A stretch of DNA of 64,000 nucleotides. It comes from Candidatus Multivorans sp. (GTDB taxonomy: Bacteria > Acidobacteriota > Thermoanaerobaculia > Multivoradales > Multivoraceae). Of this stretch, positions 20,509-29,528 are shown in pieces. The DNA is taken from assembly GCA_965224025.1 (NCBI GenBank), contig OZ245033.1, positions 3,744,001 to 3,808,000 of the forward strand, written 5' to 3'. Each line of letters opens with the position of its first letter. The first letter of the stretch is position 1. A program made the translations under genes and the position numbers. The notes below the pieces were generated by a model. It searched no databases, was not told where the DNA came from, and saw nothing but the letters and a program-made list of their open reading frames with translations.

Positions 20509-22440
20509 GTGACCAGAAACAAGATCCTCTTCGGTATCGGCGTTCTCGCCTTCGTGGCGGTGATCGCCACGGTGCGCCTGGGCGGTTTCCTGGTGGACAA
20601 CGAGTACCGCCAGCCGGAGCGTCAGGTGGCGGCCGAGGAAGCGGTGGGCGAGGCCGAACCGACCCCGCGTCAGCAGGGCATCGCCGACGAGCAGGCCGCC
20701 GACGAAGCGGAGGCGAAGGCCAGGCCCTACGTGGAGGCGGAGTACCGCACGGTTCCGTTCGTCGGCAGCCGGGTCACGGTGTGGGTGCTGGCGCAGCTTC
20801 ACCTGCTGTTCGCCGCCTTCGTGCTGGCGGTGCCGCTGTTCGCCTTCATCATCGAGTTCGTCGGCTACGTCACCAAGGAAGAGCGCTACGACAAGCTGGC
20901 CTACGAGTTCACGAAGCTCTTGAGCGTCTCGTTCTCGATGACCGCCACCTTCGGCGCGTTCCTGACCTTCGGGCTGATCATCCTGTACCCGAAGTTCACG
21001 AACTACCTGATGCACATCTTCTCGCCGACCTTCCTGCCCTACGTGCTGCTGTTCTTCCTGGAAGCGCTCTTCCTCTACAGCTACTACTACGGCTGGGGCA
21101 AGTTCGGGCCGAAGATGCACCTGTTCCTCGGTTTCATGCTGAACGTGGTGGGCACCGCGATCATGTTCATCGCCAATGCCTGGTTGACCTTCATGATGTC
21201 GCCCGGCAAGAGGGAGGACGTCGACGGAGACGGCATCCCGGACTTCGTCTCCGCCGTCTCGGAGAGCGGCGCTCTGCTCAGCCTCCGGGACGCTTTCTTC
21301 AACTTCACCTGGATGCCGATCAACATCCACCGGATCATCGCCAACGTCGCCTTCGGCGGCTCGATCGCCGCCGCGTACGCCGCCTTCCGCTATCTGCAGG
21401 CGAAGACCGACGAGGAAAAGGCCCACTTCGACTGGATGGGCTACATCGGCAACTTCGTCGCCATCATCGCCTTCCTGCCGCTGCCGTTCGCCGGCTACTA
21501 CCTGGCAAGCGAGATCTACGCCTTCAGCCAGACCCTGGGCATCCAGATGATGGGCGGCACCTTCTCCTGGCTCTTCGTCCTCCAGGCGGCGCTGATCGGC
21601 AACCTGTTCCTGGGCGCGAACTACTACCTGTGGCTGGGAATGGGCCGCATCGAAGGCACCGCCCACTTCCAGAAATTCATCAAGTATCTGCTGATCGCGA
21701 TCGCGCTCTGCTTCGCCGTCTGGGCCACGCCGCGCTATGCGATCTCGTCCGTCTCCGAGATCGCCGCCATGGGCGGCGGCAGCCACCCGCAGCTCCGCTA
21801 TCTGGGGCAGATGTCGGCCAAGAACACGGCGGTCAACATCCTGATCCTCTCGACCTACATGAGCTTCCTGCTCTACCGGCGAACCGGCAAGCAGTCGACC
21901 CACCTTCATCGGCAGCTCCTGACCCGCGCCCAGGTCGTGGTCTTCGCCGCGACCGCGTCGCTGGTCGTCTTCTTCGGCGTGTACGGCTACTACGTCGACG
22001 CCGCGACGCGAGTCCGACTCGCCATACCCCAGGTCTACTCCGTGCTCGCCGCGATGGTCGTGATCACCATCATCGACCTGCCTCTGTACCGAAACGCCAG
22101 GCGGCCCGGCGAGACGCAATGGGGCAAGATGCCCGCGATCTCGCAGTACGCACTCATCTTCATCGCACTGAGCTTCACCTGGCTGATGGGCCTGATGGGA
22201 TACGTCCGCTCCGGCCTGCGACAGGAATGGCACGTGTACGGTGTAGTCCTCGATACCTCCCCGGACGCCCATACACCCACCCTCGGGTTCGCCACCCAGG
22301 TCGTTTCGGTCACCGTTCTCATCTTCTTCGGCCTGCTCGGCGTCGTCTTCTGGCTCAGCAGCCTCGCCGGCAAGAAGCCCTGGCAGCCGAAGACGGCCAC
22401 GGAAGCCGACGGCCGGCTCGAGGAGGGGCAATCGGCATGA
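20509..22440 (+). CDS. Cytochrome bd subunit I (CydA)-like membrane protein, bd-like oxidase type
   Basis: Polytopic. QLHLLFAAF, FFLEA, ANAW..FMMSP, IHRIIAN and RQEWHVYG parallel CydA motifs; no recognisable Q-loop. Confidence 0.8.
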   Translation: MTRNKILFGIGVLAFVAVIATVRLGGFLVDNEYRQPERQVAAEEAVGEAEPTPRQQGIADEQAADEAEAKARPYVEAEYRTVPFVGSRVTVWVLAQLHLLFAAFVLAVPLFAFIIEFVGYVTKEERYDKLAYEFTKLLSVSFSMTATFGAFLTFGLIILYPKFTNYLMHIFSPTFLPYVLLFFLEALFLYSYYYGWGKFGPKMHLFLGFMLNVVGTAIMFIANAWLTFMMSPGKREDVDGDGIPDFVSAVSESGALLSLRDAFFNFTWMPINIHRIIANVAFGGSIAAAYAAFRYLQAKTDEEKAHFDWMGYIGNFVAIIAFLPLPFAGYYLASEIYAFSQTLGIQMMGGTFSWLFVLQAALIGNLFLGANYYLWLGMGRIEGTAHFQKFIKYLLIAIALCFAVWATPRYAISSVSEIAAMGGGSHPQLRYLGQMSAKNTAVNILILSTYMSFLLYRRTGKQSTHLHRQLLTRAQVVVFAATASLVVFFGVYGYYVDAATRVRLAIPQVYSVLAAMVVITIIDLPLYRNARRPGETQWGKMPAISQYALIFIALSFTWLMGLMGYVRSGLRQEWHVYGVVLDTSPDAHTPTLGFATQVVSVTVLIFFGLLGVVFWLSSLAGKKPWQPKTATEADGRLEEGQSA

Positions 22441-22922
22441 AGCTGAACGTCCCGATGCCGCTCCGGCTGGTCCTCCTGGTCCTGGGCACCACGGCCTTCT
22501 ACATGTACCTGGGCCAGATCGTGCCCCAGAAGGAGGTACACCCTCCACCGCCGGTGCTGATCAACGCCGAGATGACGACCGAGGATTTGATCGCGGTCGG
22601 CAGCGAGCTCGCCAACGGCAAGGGGCAATGCCTCGCAGCCTGCCACTCGATCGGGTCCAGCGGACCAAGCCGCTATCCGGATCTGGGTGGCATCGGACAG
22701 CGCGCGGCGACGCGGCTCGAGGGGCTGTCCGATGTCGAGTATCTGGCGCAGTCTCTCTACGAACCGGGAAGCTTCGTCGTGCCTGGCTACGAGGACGGTA
22801 TGCAGCCCATGAACGAGCCGCCCATCAGTCTCTCCGATGACGAGATCAAGGCCGTGATCGCCTGGCTGCAGAGCCTGGGCGGAACGCCGTCCGTGACCTT
22901 GGACACCGACCTCGGTTACTAA
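22437..22922 (+). CDS. Membrane-anchored monoheme cytochrome c with atypical CX3CH motif
   Basis: N-terminal TM, GKGQCLAACH, PDL.G, EYLAQSLYEP...VPGY...M. GAGG RBS and ATGA overlap. Confidence 0.8.
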   Translation: MKLNVPMPLRLVLLVLGTTAFYMYLGQIVPQKEVHPPPPVLINAEMTTEDLIAVGSELANGKGQCLAACHSIGSSGPSRYPDLGGIGQRAATRLEGLSDVEYLAQSLYEPGSFVVPGYEDGMQPMNEPPISLSDDEIKAVIAWLQSLGGTPSVTLDTDLGY

Positions 22923-23047
22923 GGCTCAACTTTCAGAAACTATTGAAGCAATGAGGAACAACCGTCAACTCGCCTCTGTTCTGAGGAGTGACTGCTCCCT
23001 CGCGGGTGGGCATCCGGCCCCCGAACCTTCACGGAACTGACTCGATC

Positions 23048-23866
23048 ATGTGGGGACTCAACTTACCGGTTCTTCTGGGCCTGGCCGCGGTCGCCGGTGT
23101 ACTGGCCTGGCGCCGGGTAGACACACTCACCTGGCTGCTCTTCGCCTGGGGCGCGCTGTGGGCCTTCTTCAAGTTCGGATTCGCGGTGCCGATCCCGCAG
23201 TCGGTGGCCACGATCTACCTGGGGATCGCCACCCTGGCACTCGTCTGCTACGCCTCGTCGAGCCGCGAGCGCCTGGTCGAGACGGTCGCGCCGATCAAAC
23301 GGCTCATCCTCGAACCGCGGCGCCTGCCGCTTCTGGCCGCGGTACTGGTGGCGCTGCCCGCCCTGGCCGCCTACAACGTCTACGCGGACATGAGTGTCCC
23401 GCTCGAGGCGCCCGGATTCGGGCGCGAGGTGCATCCGCCGCCGCCAACTGAGATCACGGTCCACGACGAGGCGATCGACATGGCGACCGCGGACAATCCC
23501 TACACCCACCTCCACGAAGACGATCCCGAAGCGTACGAGGAGCACCTGGAGAACGGTCGCCGCGTCTACTACCAGAACTGCTTCTGGTGCCACGGCGACG
23601 GCATGGGCGGCGACGGCATGTTCGCCCACGGCCTGAACCCGGTGCCCAGCGACTTCAACGACGTCGGCACGCTGCCGATTCTGCAGTCCTCCTTCGTCCA
23701 CTGGCGGATCGCCCTCGGCGGTCCCGGTCTCCCGGAAGGCGGCACGCCCTGGGACAGCGCCATGCCGGCATGGGAGCTGTTCCTGACCACCGAGGAGATG
23801 TGGGACGTCAACCTGTTCATCTACGACTTCAACGGCTTCGAGCCGCGCGCGCTGGGGCAGCACTGA
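23048..23866 (+). CDS. Membrane-anchored monoheme cytochrome c (multi-TM N-terminus)
   Basis: About four TMs, then NCFWCHG and SAMPAW (Met ligand). Alternative start 22988. Confidence 0.8.
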   Translation: MWGLNLPVLLGLAAVAGVLAWRRVDTLTWLLFAWGALWAFFKFGFAVPIPQSVATIYLGIATLALVCYASSSRERLVETVAPIKRLILEPRRLPLLAAVLVALPALAAYNVYADMSVPLEAPGFGREVHPPPPTEITVHDEAIDMATADNPYTHLHEDDPEAYEEHLENGRRVYYQNCFWCHGDGMGGDGMFAHGLNPVPSDFNDVGTLPILQSSFVHWRIALGGPGLPEGGTPWDSAMPAWELFLTTEEMWDVNLFIYDFNGFEPRALGQH

Positions 23867-25614
23867 TGGCTGCACGCATCGACCCGGCCGCCGTTGCGGC
23901 TGCTGCCGCACTCCTGGCGGCGCCTCTGGCCGCCCAGGTCGACCTCGGCACCGAAGAGCAGCGAGCCGCCGGCAAGGTCGTCTACGACAGGTACTGCGGC
24001 CAGTGCCACGGCGACGAGGGCGACGGCAACGGCTACGCCACCCCGCGGGTCAAGCCCAAGCCGCGCGACTTCACGTCCGGCAAGTACAAGTTCCGCACCA
24101 CGCCGAACGGGATGCTCCCCACGGACGACGACCTGCGCCGCGCGATCGAAATCGGCCTCCCCTACACCTCGATGCCGGGCTGGCCCAACCTGACGAGCAC
24201 CGAAATCGACAACGTCATCTACTACATCAAGTCCTTCTCGCCCGACTTCGAGAACCCGGACCGCTACGGTGAACCGCTCGACATTCCCCGGCCGCTCGAG
24301 TCCACCGAGGAGTCGATCGCCCGCGGGCGCGTGGTCTACGAAGAGCAGGGCTGCGCCGCCTGTCACGGCGAGGTCGGCCGCGGCGACGGCACCTCGGCGC
24401 CGACCCTGGTCAACGACAAGAACGAGCCCATCAAGGCCGCGGACCTGACCCAGCGCTGGACCTACCGAGGCGGCGCGACCAAGGAGGACATCTACCGGAC
24501 CTTCTCCACCGGGCTCAACGGCACACCGATGCCGTCGTACGCGGACTCGCTCGAAGTAGAGGACCGCCAACACCTGGTGAACTACGTCTACTCCCTGGGC
24601 GACGGCGACGACCCCGGCTACGGCACGCTGATCACCGCCGCATGGACCGAGGAGGCGATCGACCTGCAGGACGCGGAAGCGCTCGACGCCCTGTTCCAGG
24701 CCGCGCCGATGACCCGCTTCCCACTGATCGGGCAGATCACCGAGCCGGGGCGGAACTTCTATCCCTCGGTCACGTCGATCGAAGCCCAGGCCGTCTACAA
24801 CCGCGGCGAGATCGCCTTCCGGGTGCGCTGGAACGATCTTCGTGCCGACAACACGGGCAGGAGCAACCCCGCCCTCGAAGTGCCGACGTGGGACGAGGAC
24901 AACGGCTTCGGTGGCGACAGCGGTGGCGACGACGGCGGCTTCTTCGGTGTCGAGGAGGACTCCGGAGATGACGGCGGCTTCTTCGGCGTCGAGACCGCGG
25001 ACGACAGTGCTGACGACTTCTTCGGCGGCGCCGACGGTTTCTTCGGCGGCGGCGACGACGCCGGCAGCGACGGCGCCGAATTCTCGGATGCCGTAGCGCT
25101 GCAGTTCCCGGCCTCGCTCGCGCCCGAAGACCAGCCCCAACTCAAGCCTTACTTCCTGTTCGGCGACAGCCAGAACCCGGTCGACCTCTGGTTCGTCAAC
25201 CTGACCTACGGAGTCGCGGACACCTTCCGCGGCCGCGGCAGCGGCGCGATCGAGCCGACCGAGGCCGACATCGTCGAAGCCGTGACCTCCTACGACCAGG
25301 GCGAGTGGACGGTGACCTACAAGCGGCGGCGCGGGTCGCGTGCCGGCGTCAGCTTCGCCGAGCAGCAGTACACGCCGATCGCCTTCAGCGTGTGGGACGG
25401 CTTCAACCGGGAACGCGGCAACAAGCGCGCCCTGTCGTCCTGGTTCTACGTCTACACCGAACCCAGCGTGAAGCAGGCAGCGACCATCCCGGTGCTGCGC
25501 GCCGCCTTCATCGTGCTCTTGATCGAGTTGCTCGTCGTGTTCCTGGTGCGCCGCCGAGCGAGCCAGCAGCAGGAGGGCGCCGCCCTCACCGGCACCGAAG
25601 CCACCGCGGTCTGA
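23866..25614 (+). CDS. Diheme cytochrome c fused to an ethylbenzene dehydrogenase gamma-like (EB_dh/DOMON) domain, with C-terminal TM
   Basis: CGQCH and CAACH, KPRDFTSG.YKFRTTP, GTPMPS; FSDAVALQFP and IAFSVWDG...ERGNK typical of EB_dh. Confidence 0.8.
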   Translation: MAARIDPAAVAAAAALLAAPLAAQVDLGTEEQRAAGKVVYDRYCGQCHGDEGDGNGYATPRVKPKPRDFTSGKYKFRTTPNGMLPTDDDLRRAIEIGLPYTSMPGWPNLTSTEIDNVIYYIKSFSPDFENPDRYGEPLDIPRPLESTEESIARGRVVYEEQGCAACHGEVGRGDGTSAPTLVNDKNEPIKAADLTQRWTYRGGATKEDIYRTFSTGLNGTPMPSYADSLEVEDRQHLVNYVYSLGDGDDPGYGTLITAAWTEEAIDLQDAEALDALFQAAPMTRFPLIGQITEPGRNFYPSVTSIEAQAVYNRGEIAFRVRWNDLRADNTGRSNPALEVPTWDEDNGFGGDSGGDDGGFFGVEEDSGDDGGFFGVETADDSADDFFGGADGFFGGGDDAGSDGAEFSDAVALQFPASLAPEDQPQLKPYFLFGDSQNPVDLWFVNLTYGVADTFRGRGSGAIEPTEADIVEAVTSYDQGEWTVTYKRRRGSRAGVSFAEQQYTPIAFSVWDGFNRERGNKRALSSWFYVYTEPSVKQAATIPVLRAAFIVLLIELLVVFLVRRRASQQQEGAALTGTEATAV

Positions 25615-25686
25615 TTACCGCTCCGTTCACATACCGCTACGTCCCATCTCTCGGAACCGACACTCCGTCAACAGAAGAGACACCCC

Positions 25687-27852
25687 ATGTACAAGACGAT
25701 CTACGTCCCGCTCGACAACTCGGACTACTCCAACCAGGCGATCGCCTCCGCGGTCGAACTGGGCCGGAAGTTCGACTCCAGGATGGTCGGCTGCCACGTC
25801 TACGCGGCCAGCATGCACGACTACCGCTTCAAGCAGATGGAGTACACGCTGCCCGAGGAGTACCTCGAGGAGACGGAACTCGACCGCCAGCGGAAGATCC
25901 ACGACTCCCTGATCACGATGGGGCTGGAGCTCATCTCGGAGAGCTACCTCGAGCCGATGAAGGCGGTCTGCGACGAAGCCGACCTCGAGTTCGAGCCGAA
26001 GATGATGGACGGCAAGCACCACGTCGAGATCGTGCGCGACATCCGCGAGTCGGGTTACGACCTGACCGTGATCGGCGTGATGGGAATCGGCCGCGTCCGC
26101 GACACGCAGATCGGCTCGGTCTGCGAGCGGGTCGCCCGGACCGTCGACAAGGATGTGCTCGTGATCAAGCGACTGCCGGCAAGGACCAACGGAAAGCCGA
26201 CGAACGGCAACGGCAACCACGCGGAAGCCGACGCCGACGGCCGCGACACGATGCTGGTCGGCGTCGACGGTTCGCCCCAGTCGTTCGGCGCCCTGATGAC
26301 CGCCATCGACCTGGCGAAGCGGTTCGGCAAGAAGGTCGAGGCGATCTCGGTCTACGACCCGTACCTCCACTACTCCGTGTTCAAGGGCGTGGTCAACGTG
26401 CTGACCGAGCGCGCCGCGAAGATCTTCCGCTTCGAGGAGCAGAACCAGCTTCACGAAGAGATCATCGACACCGGTCTGGCGCAGATCTACCAGTCGCACC
26501 TGGATGTCGCCGAGACGATGGCAACCGAGATCGGCGTCGACCTGACGAAGACCCTGCTCGACGGCAAGGCGTTCCAGAAGGTCCTCGATCACGCCCGGAA
26601 GATCGACCCCTGGATGCTCGTGATCGGCCGCGTCGGCGTGCATAGCGACGAGAGCGAGACCGGCCTCGGCAGCAACGCCGAGAACCTGCTCCGTTCCTGC
26701 CCCTGCGACCTCCTGCTGACCACCCGTCTCGAGTACCCGGAACTCGACGTCAAGGCCGAAGAGAGCATCCGCTGGACGCCCGAGGCCGAGGAGCGCTTCG
26801 AGCGCGTCCCCGAGCAGGTGCGCGGCATCGCCCGCACCGCCCTCTACCGGCTGGCGGTCGAGCAGGGCCACAGCGTGATCTCGAGCGACGTGCTCGACGA
26901 GGCGATGGACCGCTACATGCCCAAGTACACCGCTCGCGAGACGGAGGCGCTCGCCGAGCAGGTCGCCCTGCAGCTCGCGCGCAGCCGTCCCACTTTCATC
27001 TGCCGCAAGTGCGGCGTGACCTCGGCCGAGCCGGATCCGGTCCGCTGCGGCGTCTGCGGCAGTGAGTCGTTCGAGCAGATCACGGAGGAGATGCTGGACC
27101 GGATCGCCGAGATGGAGGGCGGTCTCGAGGTCGAGACGACCTATGACGGCCGCAAGCTCAAGTGGACCGCGGACGCCCGTCTGGCGCTCAAGACGATCGA
27201 GGACGCCTACCGGCGCCGCCGCGCCAAGGCGCGGATCGAGAAGAAGGCGCGGATGAGCAAACTGCCCACCGTCACCTTCGAGTTCGCGCGCGCCTTGATC
27301 GAAGACGAGACCGGCGAGCCGGTGACGATCGAGGCCCGCGAGCAGGCGGCCGACGCGAACGGCAACGACGCGCCCGAGGCGGCGTCCGAGGAGCGCAAGC
27401 TGATCGCCCGCGACGACGACCGCGTGCCGCTGCTCTCGACCTACGAGTGGTCGGGCGAGGCCGTCGAGCGCATTCTCCGGGTTCCCGCCGGCTTCATGAG
27501 GGACCGGACCCAGGAGCGCGTCGAGCTGGTGGCCCGTGAGAAGCACGTCTCGGAGATCGGGATCAAGACGGTCGAAGAGGGCATCGCGCTCGGCCGCGAG
27601 CTGATGGAGCAGATGATCGCGGCCTACGAGATCGGCAAGGGCGAAGGAACTCAGGCGAGCGCAGTCGCCGAGGCAGAGTCGAAGGCCGCGACCGCTGCGG
27701 GCAGATGCCCCTTCTCCGCTCTCGCCGAAGCCGGCGCCGGTGACGCCCAGGTCGAGGCAGCGAAGGACGCGAAGGCCGGCGCCTACCTGAACGAGGTCGG
27801 CCTGATGTCGGCACTCGACGAGAAGCGCAAGGCCGGCGAACCGGAAGCCTGA
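25687..27852 (+). CDS. Tandem universal stress protein domains fused to three PCP_red domains and a CxxC-CxxC knuckle
   Basis: IYVPLDNS and VGVDGS USP starts, GS..E USP ends; W(T/S).(E/D)A PCP_red repeats; CRKC...CGVC. Confidence 0.8.
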   Translation: MYKTIYVPLDNSDYSNQAIASAVELGRKFDSRMVGCHVYAASMHDYRFKQMEYTLPEEYLEETELDRQRKIHDSLITMGLELISESYLEPMKAVCDEADLEFEPKMMDGKHHVEIVRDIRESGYDLTVIGVMGIGRVRDTQIGSVCERVARTVDKDVLVIKRLPARTNGKPTNGNGNHAEADADGRDTMLVGVDGSPQSFGALMTAIDLAKRFGKKVEAISVYDPYLHYSVFKGVVNVLTERAAKIFRFEEQNQLHEEIIDTGLAQIYQSHLDVAETMATEIGVDLTKTLLDGKAFQKVLDHARKIDPWMLVIGRVGVHSDESETGLGSNAENLLRSCPCDLLLTTRLEYPELDVKAEESIRWTPEAEERFERVPEQVRGIARTALYRLAVEQGHSVISSDVLDEAMDRYMPKYTARETEALAEQVALQLARSRPTFICRKCGVTSAEPDPVRCGVCGSESFEQITEEMLDRIAEMEGGLEVETTYDGRKLKWTADARLALKTIEDAYRRRRAKARIEKKARMSKLPTVTFEFARALIEDETGEPVTIEAREQAADANGNDAPEAASEERKLIARDDDRVPLLSTYEWSGEAVERILRVPAGFMRDRTQERVELVAREKHVSEIGIKTVEEGIALGRELMEQMIAAYEIGKGEGTQASAVAEAESKAATAAGRCPFSALAEAGAGDAQVEAAKDAKAGAYLNEVGLMSALDEKRKAGEPEA

Positions 27853-27911
27853 GTTCCGCTTCTCCGGCGGCAGACCGCCGGCACGGCCCGCTCGAACCAC
27901 TGGGGGCGAAC

Positions 27912-28480
27912 ATGGGCAGACCCAAGGACATCGGCGTCGTCGATCTGATGCTGGAAATCCCAACCGGCGACCCCAACATCCGCGCCGCCTCCGCCGCGCC
28001 GTGCCTTGCGCATCCGCAGGCGCCGATCGACGACAAGCGCTTCTACCCCATCTACGCCAAGTGCGTCGAGCTCGACATACCCATCAACATGCTGGTCGGC
28101 GTGCCCGGTCCGCGCGTGCCCTACAAGTGCCAGTACCCCGGCCTGCTCGACGAAGTCGCTTGGTTCTTCCCGGACTCCGCGTCGTCATGCGCCACGGCGG
28201 CGATCCATGGACCGACCTGTGCGTCAAGCTGTTGCTCAAGTGGCCCAACCTGTACTACTCGACGACGGCCTGGGCGCCCAAGCACTACCCGCGCGACGTG
28301 CTCGAGTTCGCGAACAAGCGAGGCCCGAACAAGCTCCTCTACGCCGGCTACTTCCCCGGCCTGTCGTACGAGCGCATCTTCACGGAAATGGACGACCTGC
28401 CGCTCCAAGAGCACGTCTGGCCGAAGTTCCTGCGCGAGAACGCGGCCGCCGTGTTCAAGCTGGACGACCTGCTGGGCTAG
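27912..28480 (+). pseudogene. Amidohydrolase_2-family gene with internal deletion and frameshift
   Basis: FYPIYAKCVELDIP..GVPGPR in one frame continues as LRVVMRHG...WPNLYY.T.AWAPKHYP in another; shift at ~28175; much shorter than the family. Confidence 0.75.
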
Positions 28481-28598
28481 TACGTTTCGGCCATGCTGAT
28501 TCTCGCGCTGCCGCGCCTGCCGGAGCAGGCGCCGACCGGCGCGCCCCCCGCTCCGGCCGCGCTCGGGGCGCTTGCCGGTCCACGGTCCGAGTAGGCCG

Positions 28599-29528
28599 GT
28601 GTCCGCGTACCGCTTCTGCCGCTCTGACGACGTTCCCCTGATCGTCGAGGCCTTCCACCGCTGCAACGTGGGACCCGGCGCCGTCCCGTGGCGGCTTACG
28701 GTCGACCACATGAAGCGGCTCTCCAGGGAGATCAATCTCTGGACCAGCAGTTGCATGGTGGCCTTTGCGGGCCGCGACCCGATCGGCGTGCTGATCGCAG
28801 CGAAGCGGGCGCCCATCGCCAACCTCGTGCTCCACGTTGCGGTCCACCCCGACCACCGCCGGCAGGGCCATGCCCGCCACATGATGACCTCGCTCAGCCA
28901 GAAGATGGCGATCCTCGAACCGACCCGCATGCTGGCCGAAGTTCCGGCGGAAGCCGTCGCCGCCCACCGTTTCCTCAACGCCTGCGGTTTCGCTGAACGG
29001 CAAACCCTGATCGATTACTTCCACACAGGCGAATGCCCTGCCGCCGGCCCCTTTCTCGCCCTGGTCGGGACTGTTGCCCCGTCGGAGATCACCGCCGGCG
29101 CCGAGTTCGCCGATGTCTCGGATCTGGACCGTTGCTGGCAGCGCTCCGCTCGGACGATCCGCAACCTGCGGGAGCTGGCACTGGGCGTCGGCATCGCCAC
29201 CGATCGCGGCTTTGAGGCCTATCTTCTCTACCGGAGCGCCCGGGACGCCGACGACCCCCTGCCGTTCATCGCCAGGCCGCCCATTCCCACGTCGGGCGCC
29301 GGCCTGCCCGCCGACTCGGCACCCTGCGAGATCCTCGCGATCGGCGGCGAGCGGCCGGTGCCGGCACTTCTGGGACCCCTGCTGGCCTTCGCCGCCAACG
29401 ATTCCAAACGACCGCTCTACTTGCCGCGGGTGCATCCCGCCGAACCACTGGCGGATCGGCTCGAGGACTGCGGCTTCCAGGCGACGCAGAAGACCCTCCG
29501 ATACGAAAGCGACGCGGCCCGGTCGTGA
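28599..29528 (+). CDS. GNAT-family acetyltransferase
   Basis: VAVHPDHRRQGHA acetyl-CoA motif A; GF motif. Start uncertain (28572 or 28599). Confidence 0.75.
   Translation: MSAYRFCRSDDVPLIVEAFHRCNVGPGAVPWRLTVDHMKRLSREINLWTSSCMVAFAGRDPIGVLIAAKRAPIANLVLHVAVHPDHRRQGHARHMMTSLSQKMAILEPTRMLAEVPAEAVAAHRFLNACGFAERQTLIDYFHTGECPAAGPFLALVGTVAPSEITAGAEFADVSDLDRCWQRSARTIRNLRELALGVGIATDRGFEAYLLYRSARDADDPLPFIARPPIPTSGAGLPADSAPCEILAIGGERPVPALLGPLLAFAANDSKRPLYLPRVHPAEPLADRLEDCGFQATQKTLRYESDAARS

Noticed and set aside
22923-23047. AT-richer gap inside the respiratory operon as an sRNA or small ORF
   Set aside because: Only a 29-codon ORF and weak short inverted repeats; no recognisable motif.
24928-25050. Short direct repeats as a CRISPR array
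   Set aside because: In-frame coding repeats without unique spacers; no cas genes.
16606-25614. Nitrite oxidoreductase or other catalytic molybdoenzyme
   Set aside because: The large subunit has the ActB fused architecture next to ActA/ActE, and no NxrA/NarG-type subunit is present. An EB_dh domain alone is insufficient.
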